IMG/VR virus record: IMGVR_UViG_3300037478_000061
Span: 1-31,414 of that record
Length of the DNA stretch: 31,414 nucleotides
DNA from: a virus
Lineage: Duplodnaviria > Caudoviricetes
Reading direction: 5' to 3' (one strand)
Positions 26,258 to 31,414 of this stretch are shown here, piece after piece. Made by a program: the position numbers and the translations under genes. Below the pieces are notes generated by a model. That model was given only the letters and a program-made list of their open reading frames with translations. It was not told where the DNA came from and did not search any database. The number at the start of each line of letters is the position of its first letter. Position 1 is the stretch's first letter.

Positions 26258-26448
26258 GACGCCCACTCCGCTGCGCGCTGGTAGTCTTCCTTGGCTTGCT
26301 GAAGCACTGAAAGCTCATGGCGCTTCGTTTCGATTTCGTGATCTGGGCGCTTGTCACGTCCCGACGAAAAGCGGTGCAGCCAATTGATCTTGGATACACA
26401 CATCCTGGTGAATTCGTGGGCCATGTCGGCGTGAGAGAGGCGCGTCAT
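26254..26448 (-). CDS. Hypothetical phage protein
   Basis: 64 aa; ATGA-coupled on both sides. Confidence 0.65.
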   Translation of the reverse strand: MTRLSHADMAHEFTRMCVSKINWLHRFSSGRDKRPDHEIETKRHELSVLQQAKEDYQRAAEWAS

Positions 26449-26699
26449 TGAGCAAGCCGGTAGGTCTGGCTGTCGCCGAAAAGGCCGTCGCCCACTGGCT
26501 CTACAAGGCTGTTTTTGATAGCGTAGGTTCCCGATGCTGTCGGGAATGGCCGACCGTCGGGGTGAGTGAAATAGACGTGCCCATCACCCTTCTGGATGGC
26601 TTCGTCCGTGGCGCTACACTGCCGGACAAGAACCAGATCGCCATGCAGCCGAGATATGGCGCGCTTCACATAATGCGGGATTTTCGCTTCCTCGGTCAT
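26445..26699 (-). CDS. Hypothetical phage protein
   Basis: 84 aa with a DGLFGDSQTY C-terminal motif; GAGG RBS. Confidence 0.65.
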   Translation of the reverse strand: MTEEAKIPHYVKRAISRLHGDLVLVRQCSATDEAIQKGDGHVYFTHPDGRPFPTASGTYAIKNSLVEPVGDGLFGDSQTYRLAQ

Positions 26700-26732
26700 G
26701 TCATGCGTCCTCGTCTTGGGTTGAATGAAGGG

Positions 26733-26918
26733 CTAGGCGAGCGCTTCGAAGACACGCCAGATCGCATACCCGACGCCGATAAACGCCGCCCATGCCGCTA
26801 TCCCGAGGCTGGCCCAGATGCAGAGAATGCAGCGGATGTGCTCTTCATGCTCGGGCTCGTAAAATCCGGATTCGTTCCTGACGAAAATTCCATCTAATGT
26901 GACGACGCGGGTTTTCAT
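26733..26918 (-). CDS. Small single-TM membrane protein
   Basis: 61 aa with a hydrophobic C-terminal helix; GAGGTG RBS. Confidence 0.6.
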   Translation of the reverse strand: MKTRVVTLDGIFVRNESGFYEPEHEEHIRCILCIWASLGIAAWAAFIGVGYAIWRVFEALA

Positions 26919-26947
26919 GTGTCACCTCTAGGTTGTGGGTTAGGAGG

Positions 26948-27256
26948 CTAGAGACGGTTTTGAATGCGCTGCATGTCGCTGATGATGCGTTCGGCGTGGG
27001 AGCGGAAATTCGCCGCGATGTCCTCAATCTGGCCGAAGTAGCTGCCGCTCTTTTCCGCCGCGTCTTTGCCGATCGATTCCGGCTGACTGCCGCAGAGCTG
27101 GTCTGCCGTGGTCCGTGCCATCGACACGGCTTCACTCATGGCCGTCATAGCCTCATAGAGGCGGCCGAGAGCCGGCTGTGTAGTTTGGAGCTTCGCTTCG
27201 CCCGGGTAGGTGTTCATGGCGGCTTGGTTGCTGGCATATTGCTTGTCCATGGTCAT
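26948..27256 (-). CDS. Hypothetical helical protein
   Basis: 102 aa; AAGGAG RBS. Confidence 0.65.
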   Translation of the reverse strand: MTMDKQYASNQAAMNTYPGEAKLQTTQPALGRLYEAMTAMSEAVSMARTTADQLCGSQPESIGKDAAEKSGSYFGQIEDIAANFRSHAERIISDMQRIQNRL

Positions 27257-27274
27257 TCTCCTTTGGGTTGATCG

Positions 27275-27886
27275 TCAGTCGCGAGTTCGGGCGCAATCGC
27301 CTCGGCCCACTCCGCTCGCCGCTGACCGATACGCATCCATCTGCGGGCCATGGATTTTTTCAGCCAGCGCCAGAGCGCTTTCGAGATTGCGGATTTCGTA
27401 GTGTGCAACGCGCGTTGCGCTGGCTTCCCACAGGGCGCGGACGCGCCGTCTTGTCCAAAGAGAGTTGGCGGCGTGAAGAAGCTTAAAGGCCCGCTCTTGG
27501 GCCAATGCGATGCCTTCGTTGAACCCGGCGAGCGCCGGTAGCAGCTTGCGAAGGAGATCAACGGCGATCTTTAGGTCTTCGTCTGCGGCATCACCGACCT
27601 GACGCTGAGTGCGCGGGCCGAAATGGCGTTGTTCCTTGGCGGCAAAACGCCCTATGATGAAATCCAGCGCGGCAGTTCGTTGGAACCACTCGCCTTCGAC
27701 GTGCTCCGTCAAGAAAAGCATGTGCAGGAACGTCTCAACCGGCTTGTCACCGGCGCATGTAGCCAGCAAATCTATGCCGCCCTCAAACGAACCGGCGATA
27801 GCGGTAAGGCGATCTTCTAGTTCTTCCGTCTTGCCGATTTTGACTAGATTCGGCGTTGCGGTTCTGGCGATGAAATATATCATCAC
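27275..27886 (-). CDS. T5orf172/MUG113 GIY-YIG-family domain fused to a CII-like HTH domain
   Basis: IYFI, VKIG.T.....RL, E..LH..F.....GEWF motifs; the C-terminal half resembles the neighbouring gene product. Confidence 0.75.
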   Translation of the reverse strand: MMIYFIARTATPNLVKIGKTEELEDRLTAIAGSFEGGIDLLATCAGDKPVETFLHMLFLTEHVEGEWFQRTAALDFIIGRFAAKEQRHFGPRTQRQVGDAADEDLKIAVDLLRKLLPALAGFNEGIALAQERAFKLLHAANSLWTRRRVRALWEASATRVAHYEIRNLESALALAEKIHGPQMDAYRSAASGVGRGDCARTRD

Positions 27887-28279
27887 TCACCCCTCAGTTC
27901 CGGTGCGATCAAAAGCGCGAGCCATCGTGCGGAACGCATCAACGAACGGGCGAAAGAAATCCGCCTCCGGGCCATCCAGGTAGGCGTCGGCGCGGCTGAT
28001 GAGTTCTTCGAGGGAGCGGAGTTCTTCTCTGCCATAGCGGAGCCCTGTAATCTCTTCGAGGTCGCGGATTTCGTCCGCATTCGGGCTGATGCGCGGATCG
28101 GCGTACCAGCAATCTTTGACGCGGTTATCCGTCCATTGACGGCGCCCCATGATTGTCCGCGCGTGCCGCAGACGCGCCTTGATTGAACCTAAGGAGGGCG
28201 GCGCTACCCTCTCTCGTAGGGCAAATTGCGCGAACTCAGCACTCGACATTTTGGATTTCTCCGACAACTTTTTGGACAT
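27887..28279 (-). CDS. CII-like transcriptional regulator
   Basis: WT..RVK..WY HTH-like motif; typical position downstream of cro; AAGGAG RBS before ATG 28279. Confidence 0.6.
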   Translation of the reverse strand: MSKKLSEKSKMSSAEFAQFALRERVAPPSLGSIKARLRHARTIMGRRQWTDNRVKDCWYADPRISPNADEIRDLEEITGLRYGREELRSLEELISRADAYLDGPEADFFRPFVDAFRTMARAFDRTGTEG

Positions 28280-28684
28280 TTCCGACGCTCCTTGCTTCAT
28301 GTTTGGGGACATGAGCAGCAGCGAACGAAAGGTTTGGACGGAACAAGATTCGAGAGACGCGCGACGGCTCCTGCAAGAACTTGAAGCGCGAAAGAAACGA
28401 CCACCGGCTGAGAGAGCCGGTCAAATTGCAGATCGCCCCGAGTCCCTGGGCGACGGCGCGGGCGACGAGAGCACGGGTATGGGGTATGCTCAATCGTCGC
28501 CCGCCAGCCACTGTCAGGGAGGGGGTGCTGACAGTGGATCTGAAGAACGCGGGCAGACGGGTTTGCATGCTAGAAAAGTGCGTTTCAGCTTTGAGGTGGC
28601 CAAGGAAACCGTCTGCCCTGATCCTGACGATTACTTGGCCGCAGATCGCGCCACCGCGCTCAGGAGATCTGGGGAATGACGCGC

Positions 28685-29029
28685 TCATGACTGCACCGCA
28701 TCGTGTGCGTGAGAGACGGGAGGCTTGGGAGATGGAATCCAGTGCGTCGGCGAGCAGTAGAACTTGTTCAACGTTGGCGACCAGAACGAAATGAATGGCT
28801 CCTGAATGCAGGTCGCTTTCCCTTTCCCGTCGAAGCCCCATCGCGTCCCGAGTATTTCGATGCCGGCGACCTTCTCCGCCGTCTCGATCGGCATCCAACC
28901 ATCGGCGGCGGTAAGAACTTCGGCTGGCGCCTTCATGGACAGGCCGCGTTTGCACGGACCCAAGCCACAATCCTGGCATGTCCTAGGGTACGGCTTGCCG
29001 AGCCGGAACAATTCGTCGGAGCAGGTCAT
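28685..29029 (-). CDS. DUF551-like phage protein with an N-terminal Cys motif
   Basis: PYPRTCQDCGLGPC, W.PIETA and PTHW.P.P.PP motifs; AGGTG RBS. Confidence 0.7.
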   Translation of the reverse strand: MTCSDELFRLGKPYPRTCQDCGLGPCKRGLSMKAPAEVLTAADGWMPIETAEKVAGIEILGTRWGFDGKGKATCIQEPFISFWSPTLNKFYCSPTHWIPSPKPPVSHAHDAVQS

Positions 29030-29051
29030 TTCGCACCTATCTGTGATTGGC

Positions 29052-29150
29052 CGGCCGACGGCGACGGGGAGGTTACGTCGCCGGCCGTTTTCGCTGGGGG
29101 AGGAAGAACCAGCGAAGGGGGAATTGATGCGTCGGTACGGCCGCCGACGC
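29052..29150 (-). ncRNA. Cluster of three GC-rich hairpins, two with CCUCCC loops (cuckoo/alpha-r14-like)
   Basis: Stems at 29059-29083 (loop UAACCUCCC), 29090-29116 (loop UUCUUCCUCCC) and 29129-29150. Confidence 0.5.
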
Positions 29151-29297
29151 TCGCCCTACTTGCAACTCCCGTCACGCCGTGCCCTTCCAAATGGGCCGGA
29201 TAGGCGCCGTTGTCTTCGGTTGCTTTCGCTTGGGAATGGAAGTCGATATGCCTTACCTGCCATGGAGACCAGAGAGAGGCGGAAGGAGCGATCGTGT

Positions 29298-29510
29298 TCA
29301 TGCTGCTCGCTCCGATTTGGAGGCGCGGCGGGCGGCGAGCATGAAGGCACGCAATTGCGCTTCCGTCTCCGGCCAGACCCGACCGCCAGCGCGAAGCCGG
29401 GCGACGATCTCGGAATTACGAACCGCCTGTTTTCCAAAGTATGACGGCCCCATTCCGGTCTCGGAAAGGAACGCTTCAATCTCGTCGAGAAGGTGATTTT
29501 TCGTAGCCAT
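29298..29510 (-). CDS. cro: Cro-like repressor
   Basis: 70 aa; LL.EIEAFL.ETGM.PSYFG..A..N...V.RLR.G motif; divergent from the cI-like gene. Confidence 0.8.
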   Translation of the reverse strand: MATKNHLLDEIEAFLSETGMGPSYFGKQAVRNSEIVARLRAGGRVWPETEAQLRAFMLAARRASKSERAA

Positions 29511-29515
29511 GGCTC

Positions 29516-29545
29516 AATCTATATCCTCTAAAGAGGACATGTCAA
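29516..29545 (-). promoter_or_regulatory. pR-like promoter of cro (probably leaderless)
   Basis: TTGACA (29545-29540) with TATAGATT -10 region ending 5 nt before the cro ATG; an operator lies between -35 and -10. Confidence 0.7.
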
Positions 29546-29591
29546 GCGTCCTTTATTGCGGACGTGCGCTATTCGCCGTTTTAGCGGATAG
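29521..29591. promoter_or_regulatory. Three OR-like 20-bp operators
   Basis: ATATCCTCTAAAGAGGACAT (29521-29540), GCGTCCTTTATTGCGGACGT (29546-29565) and degenerate TTCGCCGTTTTAGCGGATAG (29572-29591). Confidence 0.75.
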
Positions 29592-29598
29592 TCCGGCC

Positions 29599-29949
29599 AT
29601 GATTGTAACGGGATGGAGAGAGCGGCTGGCGAGGGCTGCGGAGAAAAGTGGACGGTCGCTGCGGGATATTTCCCTCAAGGCCGGCATGGGCGCCGGCTAT
29701 CTGCATGGCATCCTGGTCGAGGAGAAAGATCCGACGATCGGAAACATGCTCAAGATCGCCGACCAGATCGGAGTGAGCCTGTCCCACATCATTTATGGGA
29801 TAGAGCTTGGAGCCGACGAGGAACGTCTCCTCCGGTTTTACGCGCAGATGACGCCGCGACAGAAGAAGGCTTTTCTGGAAATGGCGCATACGACGAGCGC
29901 GACGAACGATGCGGGTACAGAAGAGAAGCTGATTTCAGAAGCCCCATGA
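29599..29949 (+). CDS. cI: CI-like XRE-family repressor without an S24 peptidase domain
   Basis: RSLRDISLKAGMGAGYL..IL....DPTI....KIA..IGVSL HTH. Start moved to ATG 29599 because the longer ORF runs through the operators. Confidence 0.8.
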   Translation: MIVTGWRERLARAAEKSGRSLRDISLKAGMGAGYLHGILVEEKDPTIGNMLKIADQIGVSLSHIIYGIELGADEERLLRFYAQMTPRQKKAFLEMAHTTSATNDAGTEEKLISEAP

Positions 29950-30364
29950 CCTTGGAGACAGGCAGCTTTTCAACCGCCTTGATGAAGTTCCTGGCATCAG
30001 TTTCGAACTGCGAGGCCTTGGACATTCTTCATCCCTTTGTTATGGTTTTTTGGTAGGACGATTTTCCTACGATAGCGTCAAGCGACATTCCTGTAAACAA
30101 GGCACGGCTATGTGAGATCGCCAGCTTTGGGGAGTGGCCTGCGCCAGGGTCAGCAAAAGCTGTCAAAGTTCGCATTGAGGCGAAGTCGTTACGGCCCCGC
30201 ATGATGTCGGTGGGTAACCTCATCACAGTATGACGGCTAATGAGATTTCGCAACACCGTAATAGACCGTGAACTGATTTTTGGGTCGCGGGCATTTAAGT
30301 AACATCTTACTTATTCCTGTTTCTACTTCTTAAGTCCCTGAAGGATTGAGAGGGAGGGTTCCTG

Positions 30365-30685
30365 CCAAAAGACCCCCCTCCCCCATAGCCTCAATCAAGA
30401 GGCCAGGAAGAAGGAGAGTCGATTGGCGAGTCCTGAAGGCCCGAGCCGGGATGGGACGCACGCCAACAGCTTCCTCTCGGAAAGCTGGTCCTCTGTTTCT
30501 GGCAGCACCGTAGGACTTTCGACCCCGCGCGCTTGTGGCTTCACCAGCAACGGATTTGCACCGTGTCGCCGCTGCGCAGAGGGAGGATGTTTTCGCTTGC
30601 GTCGGCCTTTGTGGCCTGATACATAAGCGGAGACTTATTTCATCGTCCTCTGCGCCCCGGCTGGATTTCTCCTCCGGGGCTTTTC
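30365..30685 (-). ncRNA. Candidate structured non-coding RNA (~320 nt) convergent on cI
   Basis: Multiple stems with GNRA loops and G-U pairs that work only on the minus strand; upstream TTGACA; terminal 22-bp stem followed by UUUU. Confidence 0.55.
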
Positions 30686-30689
30686 TTTT
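30654..30689 (+). terminator. Terminator-like hairpin upstream of pL
   Basis: GCCCCGG-13 nt-CCGGGGC followed by TTTTCTTTT. Confidence 0.65.
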
Positions 30690-30713
30690 GCCACAGCTCG
30701 CCGCCGCTGTCAA
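30685..30713 (-). promoter_or_regulatory. Putative promoter of the minus-strand RNA
   Basis: Perfect TTGACA (30713-30708), 17 nt spacer ending TGTGG, weak -10 CAAAAG. Confidence 0.4.
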
Positions 30714-30718
30714 AATAA

Positions 30719-30770
30719 TATCCTCTTTAGCGGTTATTCCTGTTGACATGTCCTCAATAGCGGATATTAT
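30719..30770 (+). promoter_or_regulatory. pL-like promoter with two OL-like operators
   Basis: TTGACA (30743-30748)-16 nt-TATTAT; operators ATATCCTCTTTAGCGGTTAT (30719-30738) and ATGTCCTCAATAGCGGATAT (30748-30767) match the OR sites. Confidence 0.8.
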
Positions 30771-30798
30771 TCTCCTCAGCAACCCAAGAGGAGACGAC

Positions 30799-31050
30799 AT
30801 GGCCAGCACCGACACCCAAGACGCCAACGATTGGCCGAACGAAGCCCTGACCGACATCTGCAAGCAGTTGCTCGACGATTGGGGTTTGACGCTGGCCCAG
30901 ATCGCCCTCCTCGCCCAGAACATCGCCAGCGAGTGCGAGGCCATCAACGAAAACCGCGCCGAGGAATATTGGTCGGATCGTTCCGAGCCGGACGACAGCA
31001 GCTACCGCCGCGACATGATCAACGCCGGTCGCGGGCATCTGCTCCGCTGA
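30799..31050 (+). CDS. Hypothetical early protein (83 aa, acidic)
   Basis: AGAGGAG RBS; first gene after pL; YRRDMINAGRGHLL C-terminal motif. Confidence 0.7.
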   Translation: MASTDTQDANDWPNEALTDICKQLLDDWGLTLAQIALLAQNIASECEAINENRAEEYWSDRSEPDDSSYRRDMINAGRGHLLR

Positions 31051-31090
31051 TCCCCAACCCCAACACAAGAACCAGCACAGGAAGACGGAC

Positions 31091-31414
31091 ATGAACGCGA
31101 GCGATACGAAGCATACGCCGACGCCGTGGCAATTCGTTGACGGTTTCATCATGGCTGGCGGCGAAGCCCTGAAAGTTATCGGCGTCCAAACTCCGATGAC
31201 GAGTGGTCCATCCCGAATTGAGGCTGTCCATAATTCTGGCCTGATCGTCCGTGCTGTCAACAGCCATGCCGACATGCTGGCGGCGCTCAAGGCAGCAGAA
31301 GCCTTGGCCGTCTGCGGTATGGCGGTGGACTGCTACTCGCGGCGTGAAATTGAAGAGCTTTGCCGCGGAACAATCGAGACGTTCCGCGTCGCCCTTCGCA
31401 AAGCAGAAGGCCGC
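31091..31414 (+). CDS. Hypothetical early phage protein (HTPxPW...LIVRAVNSH family), runs off the window
   Basis: Open frame MNASDTKHTPTPW...LIVRAVNSHADMLAALK with no stop before the window end. Confidence 0.7.
   Translation, partial: MNASDTKHTPTPWQFVDGFIMAGGEALKVIGVQTPMTSGPSRIEAVHNSGLIVRAVNSHADMLAALKAAEALAVCGMAVDCYSRREIEELCRGTIETFRVALRKAEGR

Larger units (their letters stand above)
1..31414. mobile_element. Temperate phage/prophage segment (podovirus-type morphogenesis, lambdoid immunity region); both ends lie outside the window
   Basis: Continuous phage gene order: cI/cro switch, RusA, terminase, portal, scaffold, capsid, tail tube, ejection proteins, tail fibre. No host housekeeping genes seen. 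Confidence 0.95.

Noticed and set aside
28149-28979. Overlapping ORFs on both strands between the CII-like and DUF551-like genes
   Set aside because: Three competing frames with no motifs over a hairpin-rich region; none can be chosen.
29026-29301. 91-aa ORF coupled to cro
   Set aside because: Low-complexity product crossing three strong hairpins. It may be translated (ATGA overlaps at both ends) but cannot be supported as a protein gene.
29509-29598. N-terminal extension of the cI ORF
   Set aside because: It covers the pR promoter and operators and overlaps the cro start; ATG 29599 gives a normal XRE N-terminus.
30635-30643. Minigene ATG AAA TAA on the minus strand with GAGG upstream
   Set aside because: SD spacing is very short and such a pattern arises easily by chance.
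30330-30947. 205-aa minus-strand ORF across pL/OL
   Set aside because: It runs through operators, promoters and the antisense of a real gene; the region is better explained by RNA structure.
1-31414. CRISPR array, tRNA, integrase/att site, lysis cassette
   Set aside because: No regularly spaced repeats, cloverleaf, recombinase or holin/endolysin pair recognised; the only muralytic domain is inside the ejection protein.

Overview
The whole window is an internal segment of a temperate, GC-rich phage or prophage, probably of an alphaproteobacterial (Rhizobiales-type) host. It has a short-tailed (podovirus-type) virion module and a lambdoid control region. Read right to left on the minus strand: cro-like gene, early genes (CII-like regulator, T5orf172/GIY-YIG protein, RusA), a truncated initiator plus a loader-like replication gene, a late regulator followed by a promoter/terminator pair, TerS, a TerL split into two genes, an SGNH esterase, portal, scaffold, major capsid, tail tube A/B, four internal virion proteins and tail fibre genes. 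On the plus strand are a short cI-like repressor, the start of the divergent early operon, an HNH endonuclease insertion and a small membrane-protein moron. No integrase, lysis cassette, tRNA, rRNA or CRISPR array was recognised. The most unusual items are (1) a ~320-nt structured minus-strand non-coding element ending in a G5AG6 tract next to an AT-rich patch, in a phage whose initiator seems to lack its origin-binding domain (candidate RNA/R-loop-primed origin); (2) the split terminase; (3) an HNH cassette with its own promoter, structured leader and 5-bp flanking repeats; (4) hairpins with CCUCCC loops in the early operon. All calls come from motif recognition by eye; no database search or folding program was run.
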